From Marsupella aquatica (taxonomy: Eukaryota; Plantae; Marchantiophyta): a DNA stretch of 64,000 bases. The position numbers and the translations under genes are program-made. Shown piece by piece: positions 51,925 to 64,000 of the stretch. Below the pieces are notes generated by a model. It did not search any database and had not been told where the DNA came from. It saw nothing but the letters and a program-made list of their open reading frames with translations. The stretch lies in contig OZ316893.1 of the NCBI GenBank assembly GCA_973895155.1, positions 15,344,645-15,408,644 on the forward strand, read 5' to 3'. The stretch's first letter is position 1; every line of letters starts with the position of its first letter.

Positions 51925-54616
51925 ATGGTGAGGGAGGAAGAAATTGTACCCGAGGATCTGCAAGAGTCTGAGCCTCTTGTGGCCAGAAAGCCACAAATTT
52001 CTACTCCCTCACATGGAAAGCCCCAAGATGCCACTGATGCTCCAGCTGCTACCGGTACCGAGGTGGCAGGGCGTCAAGCAACTGTGTTCAATATATGGGG
52101 CCTGGCGTCTGTGATTCTGGCAGTGCTCATAGCGGTCCTTGTGCTGAAGATTGCTTCGCCCACCTTCCTGAGACCTGTGAGATCTCTCTCATCTGCGAAT
52201 ACTCTGCTTTCTCTCGCAGCCTCTTTCACTTGAGTTCTGAGGATTTCAAAAAGATCTATGTGTTGAACCCTTTTCTCTGTGGTACCAATTTGTGAGGTTG
52301 GAGAGAAATGAGCTCCCGTCGATTAAATGTGATCAGTTAGATTGGACGGTGTTTTGCTTCCGTTTTTTTTCTTCAAGTTTGTTTGATGATGAAGACAGAT
52401 AGGTCAATATGAGGGTGGCCAGACTGTCAATTCTCTTAGATTGTCCAGGGTGGAAAACCTTAGTACTGCGAAGCAGCGCTTGTCAGCACGTGACTGCTTG
52501 AAAGTATGCACCATCGGTGAGTAGAGAGAATTCGAATGATTCTGAGTCGGAAGCTCTTCCTAATTCTGTGCTTGGGGGTTATTTCTCTTCCAGAAACTAT
52601 GGACTCCCGAGGAATTGGCTAAGTACAATGGCACAGACGAGAGCCTACCCCTTCTTTTGGGCATCCTGGGGTAAAATTCTTCAAACTTTCCTCTGGCTAT
52701 CACTCCGCGTAATAATAGTGACGGAGTTTGCTTCATTGCACTGCTTTAGGCATGAAGCTGCTTACTTACCAGCTTTTGCTCAACTAGTAGGAGGTCTGAT
52801 CCTTGGCAATGCTATCAGTAACTGTTAGGAGATGTTGTTCCCTGGCAGGGTCGTCGGTTGTAAAGGTATAGGTGTAGCCGTTTCTATGGTTGTTATGACT
52901 TACTTCCAAGTGTTCCCTTTCCGCTTTGTGTCAATCATTATCAGGGTCTCTTAAGTTAATTGAAGCTCGTTCCTGGGTTGTTTGTCTCACTCGTGCTTTT
53001 GCAAGGCCAGGACCGTCTTTGATGTAAGCCGAGGCAGAAGACATTACCAACCTGGAGGAGGATATCACCATTTCACGGGAAGGTCTGCTAAGAATCTTTG
53101 GCTTTCATTTATAACGTAGTCACACTCAGTTTACTATATTGATTTTCCGCGTGCGGAGTAAGCAAACTTATATTATTCGTCAAAGTGAAATTATTATGAT
53201 TTTATTAATAGATCTTGGCTGCAAGCGTCAATGTCCGGCCACCTTTAAACTGTTTCCCTAAGCTCAGGATTTGCCTTCGATTTACTTTCTGTTGCAATCA
53301 CTTTTGTGCCCTTCGTTGGACAGCTGGAACTGCTAGGATATTTTTCATCAATTTCCATACCTGCTGAGAACTCGTTCAAGTATCGAGGCTATGTCCCGGG
53401 ACAACAGTTTTCAATTGCCTGCCTGCAACCATGTATGCGTGATAGCAATGGTTAAGTCTGCACCATCATCACCCGGCCAATTTCCATCTGCCTTATACTT
53501 TTGTTTACGATTCCTTCGTTGTTTTTTCCAGGGACGCAAGTCGTGCTTTTGTCTCTGGCAATTTTACAGGTAAGAGCAGTTCGAGCCTGGTCCATGAAAG
53601 ACATGATTAGGTCAGGTGCCTATACATCTGTTCTTGTCGTGCAGTTTTTGGGAGATTCACATTTCACGGCCGGTGTGGCAGGTGATGGTCTGACGAATTC
53701 TCTGCAAGGGCTGACTGCTCTCCAGGTACATTAAGAAGTTCCTGCCAGATAGAGAATTTTGTGCAAAACGTCTTGAATTGCTTTGGTCTGCCCATTCATT
53801 TGTTCTTGGACATGATTGGTTTTTATGCCATCTTTTCAGGTCAAGATTATTGATGATTGGAAGAAACGTTTCGAAGAAAAATACAAGTGAGAAGCGCTAA
53901 ACCACTGCTCCTTTTGCTCCCAAAGTAGTTTGTGAAGGTGTGGAGCATGTGATGGTTGCTGTAAGTTGGGTCGTATTCATCCATTGCTACTTTGTTTGGC
54001 AGATATGTGGGAACTGTAGTTGGCCCATTCTATGACGAACGTGGAAAACCAACGGAGGAGTTGGCTCGAGTAGCCCAACAAGTTGCTATTGCAGATACAA
54101 TTAAGCAAAAGCAGAAAGAAGACGAGAAACGGTTCCCATCCTGTAGCTCACGGTGGAACGCTGAGCAAGGTGGTGAGGTGCGTTTGAGCTTTTCTGCGTA
54201 TAAACTGTCTGAGTGACTTTGTATCTCATGATAACGCCAAGCATGGATATTGACTGGAAATTTTACTGCTCAATTGGTTGCCTCGTTACTTGTTTAATGC
54301 GAACTGAAATATGCCACACAAAGAAGAGAAAAAGTACGATGACAGTTTAACTGGTACAAAAAGGGCAGTCTTATTTACCAGTGTGAGTTTGCAGGTGTGG
54401 TGTCAAGCAGGATATCCGCGAATAGTTGACACGATTTCTCAAGGTACTTACAAGGGTACTACTGGTACGCGATGTGCATGTTTTGAAAGGAACTTTTTGG
54501 GTAAGAAGGGCTTGAAGGTGTATGATGGCTGCTCTGCAACTGCTCAAAAGTGCCAAAGCGCACCTCCTGAAGTAAAGCAAATTGAAGTTGACAACCACAG
54601 GGGAGAACATATATAG
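51925..54616 (+). CDS. MAPR4: Membrane-associated progesterone-binding protein 4 / neuferricin-like (cytochrome b5-like heme/steroid-binding domain)
   Basis: Exons 51925-52176, 52594-52670, 53011-53082, 53532-53569, 53682-53725, 53840-53886, 54003-54177, 54395-54616. TM helix, then [78 protein letters not shown], RCAC. Confidence 0.9.
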
Positions 54617-56543
54617 CAAAAGGCTAGTGACAGCTGGAGAAATTTGTCTTGGATAGAGTGTGTTCTATATATCTCCATTTCTTAGTCAGAGCTACAGGCA
54701 GAGTATTTCTTCATCTTTCACTATCTTATAATGTGAGACTGTTCCCAGAAAATCTGCAAGCCTGGGATGGAGCAACTATTTTTTTCATGTTCTGTTCGTT
54801 TATTTTTATGTTCTTGACTTACCTCAACATTGTTGTTGACCGAGGTGTGTATTTGTGTTCTCGTGAGTCTCTCTCCTTCGTTAGGAGAATTAGTCTTATC
54901 CTCGCGTCCAAACTACGTGGTGTATCTCAAGGAGTTGGCGTTTGCTGTTCCAGCACGGATGACCATGATGCGGTACCAAGTGCATCACATGACGATTACA
55001 TCGGCAGTGCATGCGTTGAATGTATAGAATGCTTTTTGGAATATGACTTAGTAGCTACCTGTATTGCACTTGCAAAACCTGGATAAGTTGAAGCTGAAAG
55101 TTGTCATCGCTACAGACTAGTTATCAGAAGTAGGGTTTCACACTGAACCTGGGCCAATTGGGAGTGGAAACAATAGCTGGCAAGTTGTGGTAAATTATGG
55201 AAGGATATTCACGTGTTGGCAAATGCGACCACAAAATTTGCACCAAAAGTTGATGATGAATTTGTTACGCGTCTAAATAATCCCGTAAGCTACATGACAA
55301 GAGAACTGGGTTTCTTGGTTGCTACTAACGAATGAGGGATAACACGGTTTTCTGAATCTTCACATCAATAGAACCATCTGCACAAGTTTTCTGACAATCG
55401 CGGATTTTAACTCACGAGTGCTTCCTAAAATTGTGATCTCATACTGGTTTCACAACCACTGCCAGGGAGGATTCCATTCGTGCGTCAACCCTGACCGGCT
55501 TCGCACAAGTGGCTGCGAGTATTTCTATCTGTGTCAACCATGTTGTAGCTTCGTACACGAATTTATGATTTAAAGCCGAATGAGCGTGTCGGTGCGCCGA
55601 ACACCCCTTCAAGGCAGTGTAAAAGATGATTGAAAGAAAGCTCAAACTCGATTTAGTTGCCTTCAAATTGCCAAAGCCCGGTGGCGCTGCTGAGCTGGCG
55701 AAGTTTCCTGCCTGACTCTACCTGAATCGGAGAGTGGTAGATTCAGGCAGGCAGTGACAGTTCAATATAGTCATCGTGTTTGACAGGATACACATTCTGC
55801 GTGCAACTTTCCGGGAACACATCTCTGCATGTAGACTGCACAATTAAAACAAACGGGCGTTTCATTGTGGAATAGTCGGCTAAAATCGTCATGGCGTTCG
55901 TATTTACTTGCCAGAGTTCAAACACGTAACACGACAAGTTCTCAGGGCTGAAAAGTTTACTGTAAAAATATGTGTAAAAATATTAAAAAATGTCGGGTGA
56001 CAATTGAATACCAATAGAATGAATCGGAATATAATCGTCTCATACCTAGCAAAATTGAGTAGAAAGGGGTCGTGTTTCAACACCACCAAGCTCTGTTCAG
56101 ATGTTTCCCAGAGACTTGAAGTATGAAAATGGCAAGTCAGAGAGTGGTAGACGTCAGCCCACTTATTTCGTTGTTGCAGCCCAGAATCGAGAGTGTATGG
56201 TCAGCTTTAGACAGCAGCACTCCACCCGCACCAAGAAATGTGTTTGAATGTTTACATCGTTTACAAGCTGATGTAAAGTATAAGGTAGCTAGAAGGCTGT
56301 CTACTATGGCGACAGAAATGGTACGAGATGTATAATGGTATTGAGCGTTCCTATATGAATTCAATTTCTTGAATATTTTCCTCATTCAATCATATTAGGG
56401 AGAAACTACTACTTTGAAGCTAAGACTTTTGAATATCATTTACTTGAGGCTTCATCGGTGCCGGATGGGTGGAACCTCTCTCACCCTGGAAGAATGATTA
56501 AACGTAGAAGCTGCCGAAGGAGTGTGAATGAAACTCCCAGGTT

Positions 56544-59500
56544 TCACTCGACAGGTTTCTGTCGTGGAGGAACTTTTAAATAAGCCTTCATACCGTCGTA
56601 AACCGTGAACCCAATCGCCACCGACGGAGCCAGCTGATACAAGGCCGCCATTAACAAATATTGACATAAAGACATCATATGTCAGAAAACCATCGTAATA
56701 AGTGTCTGCAACAATCTTCTGTCAGAGTACACTGGCAATAAGCGTCTTTGACCAATCTTCTGGAAGCCTTCAGAGAAACATGTAGTCCACCTCATTACCC
56801 ATGGTTTAAAATAAACAGTCAACTCGACCACCAATCTCTTGAGGGAAGGGGCTCACCGTCCTCTGCTCCGAGTTGGAAGTCTTCAACGACCACCCTGACT
56901 TGAAACTTCATGCATAGTTGCTAGTCCACTAGTTTGACACTTATGGAGACAAAGGCTTCACGAGAACTAATAATATAAATGAAGTTGTACTTTTCATGGG
57001 CCGCAAAAATGTACACGCAGTGACTTACTGACCACAACCTCCAAAGCAACGGCGGGGGAACGAGGAAATAATCTCAAAGAAGGATTACCTTCAAATAGTT
57101 GAGACTAAGACCAGCAAATAGCTGTCTCCAACCCTGTGCCTCGACTATCCTGAGAAGACCATCCAAGGTCCCCTTGAAAGGAACCTTCTGTCCTCTCAAT
57201 AAATTCTCTGGGAGGGTCCTATGAGGCACCATATTCTTCGTCGCATCTTGCACCTATGCCAACAAAATCAATCAGGGTACAAATCTCGAATCGCTCTTCG
57301 AGTGCTATTCAATTTATTAGCAACCCACATGACATACTGTAATCACAGGACAAGAACCGCATGGTCTGTTAGTCTTGTTTCTTTTGAACTTTTTGTTTAG
57401 AGTGCGGACTGCTTGCAAAATTTATTCCTGTCATACAAATTTTGCAGCAAGCAAATATTCTCTCAGTTTGAACTAAACACGGACATAAGTGGCGATGAAC
57501 TTTAATAATCACAGGTGATTAATAAGTCTCCACGACTCTGCTCCGGACGAATTAAGGAACACTGATACAAGCGATTTCCAAGAGCGATCTCGACACTACA
57601 TTTTGGCAAACTCTGCACGTGTCTTTGTTGTTCATTTGCAGGGAAGGGCCAAAGTATACTGTACCTGCATTTGCCGTCTCACAACATCCAGGGGATACGT
57701 GAAAGTTTGCCCTATCAATCCTGCCACTGCTCCACAAGCCAATTTGCCAGGTACTGAAGCTTCTCCATCCCTCGATATATACCACTTTAGTTTCTCATAT
57801 ATGTAGAATTTAAGTCCAGCATAAGGAAGGATCCCACAAAGAGTTGCACCTGCAATGGATCAAGAGAACAGAACCAGATATTCAATCGGAGGAATCGCAT
57901 CAGGCGGCATGGTACAGCACCAACAATGAGGCTTTCAAGTTAAGTCAATATACCTTCTACTTGAACTCGTGGCTTGTTCATTAGCCTGCACGACATTCAA
58001 ACAATGCTTTTCTACGACAGGTGCTCTAATATTCCACAGAAATATTTCGCCGTAAGCGCGTTGTGTGATATGTGCCCAACTGTTTGGCACCAGTCATGGC
58101 TATCTGAGAGTTAATGAACCAATCTTGCAGGGATTCGTTTAGAGGTCTCACCGACTCCACGATACAGGCCTCTTGTACCATTGGCTTTATAAACTCTCGA
58201 AAGGACATCTCCAATTCCTTTATAACCAGCGGGAGAAAATGCTCGTGATTGAGATAAGTTAACTTTTCCACTGGATTGACTGGCTACCTGCTCAAGAAAA
58301 GAATACACCTGGCTCAAAGACATGTGCTGACGGACATAAAACGAGCGCACCGAGAAAACGGGTAACACTTTTCAAGACCTCGCTTTCACAGACTTGAGCT
58401 TGAATGCCAGATTGTTACTCATGATGCTAAAAGGCAAATTTACTCACATGGTATGCCAACCGAGTCCGTGCAAGATCCAAGGGGTAGGTGAGGAGAACAG
58501 CAGTGCCACCTGCCAAAGACCCTGCAAGTAGGTCCACAGTTGGGCCACTGGCTGCTCGTGGATAACACTCAATCATCCATCGCCGAAACTGCTCATACCC
58601 CATGAACTGCAGTCCTGCATATGGAACAATGCGCAAGACACTCGCTCCATTACCCCTGAAAGGTACAGAGATTTTTCCAGAATCAAACCAGTTTATCATA
58701 TTTAAAATTTGGTAACTTACGTGAGGACGATGCAATGACAAATGAATGCTTCGTCTAGCTACTATGCCCCATCCTTCGACTGGCTGAGTTTCGCTGGGGA
58801 CGCAATACGAGTGCAATTCCAAACTCGGAAATGATGATTCCGTGCCAGAGTGCAATTCAGCAAGACCGCACTCTGAAAGCCGACTTCAGTATAAACTTGG
58901 TGCTAAGTCAGAAAAAATCACCTGTAGAAGCTGCGAATCCCTTCGTCTCTCAGGACTTGTCGCATTGATTGCCAAATTCCCAAAGATTGAAGATTTCCAC
59001 GCCTAGTCTGCAACACATTGCAAAACAGATCTAAGGTTACTGGCCTGAATATTAAGCGCAGAACGAAGCTCATTCATTCATTCAGCACTACCTGGTTCAA
59101 ATAAGTCTCATGGACCTTATATTGGATCGGCAAAAGGAAAATTGTTAGGATTGTGTTGCGGAGGATTGCGTTTTCTGGGTCGATTACAACAGATATAGCT
59201 ACCACGGGAGCGACAATTGTGGCATTCCAAGGACCTAAAGCTAGACAGACTAGCACATCCTGCTATTCAAAACTAATGAGGCGTAACTTGGGGAGATCGG
59301 TACACGTCTAGACTTAATGAGTGCGCCACCTAGCTGCGGGAAATCGCGTCAAAGGGATAGACCTGTCAATTAGTCGATCCAAATTGAATGCAAAGTGGGG
59401 GACCTGGCACCACGTCAGACCAAGCAACTTGAGAAAGATATAGACCTGATAGAGAATTTTAATCCTCTCGAATGGCGCCACCGATGTTTTTGCGAGAGCC

Positions 59501-59688
59501 CCAGCGATACCTCCGGCCATCAACTCCTTCACACTCAACGGCAGTTTGTCTATGATGCTTACTGGAAGTTCTGCCTTATGCTCATTGTGCTCCTTATGCG
59601 CCATCACTACCGAGGAGGGTGAGGAGGTTTTGAAGTCCACTGACGCAGACGCCAAGGGGTTATGATGGGTTGACTGCTGTGAGGCCAT
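56544..59688 (-). CDS. Mitochondrial carrier family protein, CoA-carrier type (CoAc/Graves disease carrier-like)
   Basis: Exons 59688-59446, 59007-58922, 58655-58448, 58287-58152, 57849-57665, 57253-57089, 56633-56544. Three carrier repeats: [82 protein letters not shown]. Confidence 0.93.
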
Positions 59689-60114
59689 CACCGTAAAGAA
59701 AATTCCACGACTTGTAAAGAATAGCGGGCCGGACTCTCCAGAGTTGTGAATCGATTCGATGCGCTTGGAGGGGAGGCTATCGGCTGCAAGAAGATTGTCG
59801 TGGTTGCAGGGCAGCGGACAGGACTACTGGCAAGGAAAAGAACCTGAAGGATAAGCGAGGAATTCCAGTCTTCTGACTTGAATCTCCGGGTCATCAAGGA
59901 TCAGGAAAGGCTCGTCGTAGAGCCGTCACTCGTCGGTGCCACATTCTCACCCCATGAGTTTTCCTTGTACTCTGAGAAAGCGAGGACATTCAGAGATTGC
60001 GCGTATGCCCACAGTTCATTGACGAAGGAAGCGGGGAGGGAACAGAGAAGAGAGAACCGAGATATAAGTCAATTGTCTCTCGACTCGAGAGAAAATTGAA
60101 GGAAATGGTGCCGA

Positions 60115-60368
60115 CCACAAATAAAATCCCGACGAAGGGCCACGGTAATCAGCAAGCTGCCAACGTTCTCTCCTGTCCCGGATTCAATATCTCCTCGACT
60201 AGAGCCCTCCGGATTCAATATCTCCTCTCGACTAGAGCCCTCGTCAGTTTAGGGCACCACAAACAAAATCCCGACGAAGGGCCACGGTAATCAGCAAGCT
60301 GCCAACGTTCTCTCCTGTCCCGGATTCAATATCTCCTCGACTAGAGCCCTCGTCAGTTTAGGGCACCA
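60115..60368. repeat. Nested tandem duplication upstream of the carrier start codon
   Basis: ~110-bp unit (aaaatcccgacgaagggccacggtaatcagc...gtcagtttagggcacca) x2; the first copy carries an extra internal ~33-bp duplication (cggattcaatatctcctc..gactagagccctc). Confidence 0.88.
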
Positions 60369-61771
60369 AATTCTGAAGCAGAAGTGAAGTAGTTTTTTCG
60401 AATCTCGAACTCAAGAAGGTCGCCAGCAGCAAAGGGGCGAGGAACGTTGCTACGATGACTTACCCTGCAAGCATCCCCTCAATCCTTCGAGTCCTCTCTG
60501 GTGTGAGGAGTGAGGAAACAATAATTCCGAGGGACAGCGGCCGTCCAATCAGTGAATTCTTCAATCGTTCCTCTTCCTTGTTTGTGCTAACAATGTCTTG
60601 AACGCCAAAGCCTGCTGGCTTACGAGAAGTTGAGTAAGCAATGCGGAGGTGGCAGTGAGAAGAGTGTTAAGAATGGCAAGGGCAATTGACAATTTCAGGC
60701 GTCCAGCACCGCTGCACCGAAAGAACGGTAGGGCGTGGGCAGCACGTGTACTCCACAGCGTCGAGGACTGGAGAACAAGCACAGGTTGAACTATTATTGA
60801 AGTGGAAACAGGTGGCGGACCCAGTCCGCTCACTGTCCAGTTTCGGTACCGTAGTTTGACGAGGGCCAAGCGAGACCGTTGTAATTCATAGCCTTTTGAA
60901 GTACAGTAGACGATGGCAGAAGTAACGGAGCAGAATAGGTCGTTGACCCTGGCAGTTGAGCTTCTTATCCTCACCAGAGCACCAGAGTACAGAGACTGAG
61001 CGATCACGGATTCAAAAATGGGATAACACCGTTTCCCAAATGCCACAGAATAATTATTTATCCAACCACTGCTTACATTATTTGCTGACTTTCATCTTAC
61101 ACCAATTTTAGATTCGGAGAGCTTCAAAAACGTCAATCCGGAGACGCGAGCTTGGTTTCCCCGATCACTGTAGAGACTGGGGTCCTTGGTGACGAATGAA
61201 AGAAAGCTCTATTCCGTTTAGACTAACCGGCAAGAAGATTGCGGTAATCCTACCGGGACCGAAAGTGGACAGGATCACAGGCTTTTTTCAATCTTGATTT
61301 CCTGATTACTCAATGTGTGGATATTGATTAATCCAGCCATCGAGGATATACCTTCGAATGAAGTGAACAGGAAATTATTGTGGTCCTCGACGCCCGACTC
61401 CCTATAGCGCCTTTCCGCCTCACATACAGGAGAACATGGAGAACAGGCGCAAGAGGAGGGTAACCACCACACCTTCGAAGGAATCGAAGCCGCGAGACAA
61501 CGGTGAAGGTGCGCGACCAATTCCTCCTGCAGCCGCAACCTGCGTTCGCCAGGCTGCCACTGCGCAAAAATCGCGAGATTGACGAGGAAGATCCAAACGA
61601 GCAAACCGCTGATAGCTTTGAAACCAGTGGCGACTGGCGAACGAAAGCAAGGGACAGCGGTGTGAGTGTGTGACGTGCGACTGTCCCCAAACTACCGGAA
61701 GAAATTCCCTCAGTTTGACAAATGACAATCGCGAAATTCTTGCTTCCGGAGACAAATCGCGAAATTGTACA

Positions 61772-61856
61772 CTCCGAAACGCGAACTTTCTTGCTTCCGG
61801 AGACAAATCGCGAAATGACAAATTTCTCCGGAAGCAAGAAAGTTCGCGTTTCGGAG
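61772..61856. repeat. Perfect 32-bp inverted repeat with 21-nt loop
   Basis: ctccgaaacgcgaactttcttgcttccggaga (61772-61803) / tctccggaagcaagaaagttcgcgtttcggag (61825-61856); overlaps direct repeats of tcttgcttccggagacaaatcgcgaaat. Confidence 0.93.
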
Positions 61857-62575
61857 ATTGCCTGTCCAGAGCTGCAGTGTCAAGTGTCAGCCTTACTACT
61901 GTAGAAAGTACAGTATGGGCGGGGACGGACTGCACGTGGTCACTTGTCACGGGTGGAGACCGTGAGTCCTCACGGACTTTCGTAGATCGAAGTCCGTACA
62001 CAAGCTTATTACTTTAGTCCAGTTTCATGTCGCTGGTTTCGAGCGAGATTTCTCAGTGAATACTTAACAGGAGAAGGTCCACCATAGCTGGTTGGGAAGC
62101 GGATTGGTAGGCTTTCTAACAAGACAATTTTCGTTTGATTCCGATCACATTTGAGAAACATATGAGCCCCGAAAGCTGCAGATATCAATGTTCCTCGATT
62201 TTGACCGTGTTCAATTTTTTGTCAAACCAGATTTCGACGGGTGTTGGCAGCAAGGGACTTACCGGAGCCTTCATTGGTACCCGTGGTTTTCCTGACGAAT
62301 GACAGGTTTTTACACGCCCTAGTCAAAATTTAGCCCACCCTCCATTTGCATTGTTAGTTATTACGGAGTCCCTCGCTCTCAAGTAAGCGACCTTTTTACC
62401 GTACTTTGGTCTGGGCTGCTCCCGACGGCTGTCCACCTCCCAGCTACACTAGGGTACGTTGGTCTCCGTCAGAATGGACTCCATGAAACCTGGTCTTGCG
62501 GGGAGGGGGGTTTGGGGGCGCCAGCCAGGTAGAGCAGTGCGGTTGGCCAAGATGGCTTTTGCCTGGGTACTCTTT

Positions 62576-62658
62576 TGTAAGAATCTCCAACCGTGACATC
62601 GGATTTTGAGCAATTTATGTAAGAATCTCCCACCGTGACATCGGATTTTGAGCAATTT
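62576..62658. repeat. 42-bp tandem duplication
   Basis: tgtaagaatctcc.accgtgacatcggattttgagcaattt x2. Confidence 0.85.
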
Positions 62659-63339
62659 GTCATAAATATGTACAGTAGTACCTTTCTTTTATGGAAAATC
62701 CTGTAGGCCAGGGCGCCAGGCAAGGAAAACCATTTCTTTGGAGATTTTTTTATATAATTCCTCCAAGTGTCAGATCCAAGCCATGCAACTGGAGGTATAT
62801 GCTTGATGGATCCCCTAAGTGAATCTCCTGCCTTATAGAACACAAACTTTTATTCGTGACAATTTGGATCCCTTCTAATACTTTTGTGTCATACGTGCTT
62901 CTAACAGGTCGTATAAGGGGTAGAGCTTGATAAGAGGTGTAGTCTTATCGCGCCCTTCCAACAAGGCTCTAAGTCCAACTGCCTACCAATTTTGCAATGA
63001 AAACCTTTGATGAGCCAAACAAGAACAAACTTCTTCAGAATAGCCGGCTCTCCTCTTCAACAACACGATACATTGCCCTCCTACTAGAGTTTGATTGTTT
63101 CCATCAAAGTTGCATAGTGGACCTCAAGCTGTTCCACTATGCCCAGGACAATGCCTCATTGTTTTCCTTCACACCATCGGTGGGAGCTGCCTTACGTTTA
63201 ACCTTACTACAAGATGAAGTCAAATTTGGAACGCAACCAATGGAGCCCCAGCTGCAACAGTGTAGCAGGCAATTTCAGATTGTGAGTGACATCCAAATGA
63301 GTTTGCATGGAACGCTTTGAATAATGAAAACAGGTTACT

Positions 63340-63456
63340 TGTGCAGACTGGCTATGCAAACAAAGTTATGCTTCCCATTATCATCAACAAGGTGACTATG
63401 TGTAGACTGGTTATGCAAACAAATTATGCTTCCCATTATCATCAACAAGGTGACTA
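63340..63456. repeat. ~59-bp tandem duplication
   Basis: tgtg.agactgg.tatgcaaacaaa..tatgcttcccattatcatcaacaaggtgacta x2. Confidence 0.85.
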
Positions 63457-64000
63457 AACTGAATGTCTTCCTTTAGCCTTAGAAATACTTCTGCCCATGG
63501 GGCCATAGCAAAAGTGAGGACTGCCGTCTTGCCCCTAGCACAACGCCATGGCATTGAGTTCAAAATCTGTTTTTTTTGTAATGTGAGGGAAAGTCATTTC
63601 AACTCAAACCCTTTTTTACACAAAAACCTGGCGCTGTGTTTGCATTGGACTTTGTGTTTGAATGCCACTGTGATGATGTACAATTGCATGGTAAGAACAC
63701 CAGAAGACAACAGCAAGAAGAATGCAATGAATCTGTTAGATTCTCATGCAGTTTGATTTAAAAAATATATGAGGGAGAAATTAGTCAAATTCTTGTTCAG
63801 TTTGACTCAACTTAACAATGAAGAAGTTAGCCTGTACAATACTTGGGATTAGACATTCATTCTAGAACTTCCAGTTTCATCATATTCTGATGTTGATCAA
63901 GGTCTCCAATACATCTACACGCTGAGAAGTATGGTCAGACAATGTACGTGGAGATGAGCTGGCAGCTATCTGGCAACCATTGCCATGAGAGAATGTGAGC

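Noticed and set aside
60561-62017. ORFs of 109-193 aa upstream of the carrier gene
   Set aside because: Composition is driven by repeats and GC-rich leader sequence; no protein-family motif
62997-63756. Two ~100-aa ORFs at the window end
   Set aside because: No recognisable homology; may be a decayed TE but this cannot be supported from the sequence

Overview
Eukaryotic land-plant nuclear DNA. Gene repertoire, intron style and long 5' leaders suggest a non-seed plant such as a bryophyte or lycophyte; that is inference only. Five spliced host genes were reconstructed by hand from GT-AG junctions: a GH9 endo-1,4-beta-glucanase (+, 5' exon outside the window), an LRR receptor-like kinase of the At1g12460/LRR-VII type (-), a PhoD-type phosphatase (+), a MAPR4/neuferricin-type cytochrome-b5 heme/steroid-binding protein (+) and a mitochondrial CoA-carrier-type protein (-). 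Two transposon nests lie between them (~7.4-19.6 kb and ~28-41 kb). They contain a full-length Ty1/Copia (344-bp LTRs, GTAGG TSD) with a 297-bp MITE inserted just after the RT YVDD motif, and two distinct GAGCA-ended PIF/Harbinger (Pong-like) elements with TAA TSDs and convergent ORFs. They also contain a 5'-truncated CRE-type RLE non-LTR insertion whose 5' junction forms a templated perfect hairpin, an internally deleted and inverted Copia that keeps its TSD, a non-autonomous MULE and solo LTRs. Several long near-perfect hairpins and many short tandem duplications are also present. No CRISPR, tRNA or rRNA was seen. I found no proven new biological system; the best leads are the CRE junction structure, the rearranged Copia, the twin convergent Harbingers and an unidentified spliced ORF that hosts the first nest.
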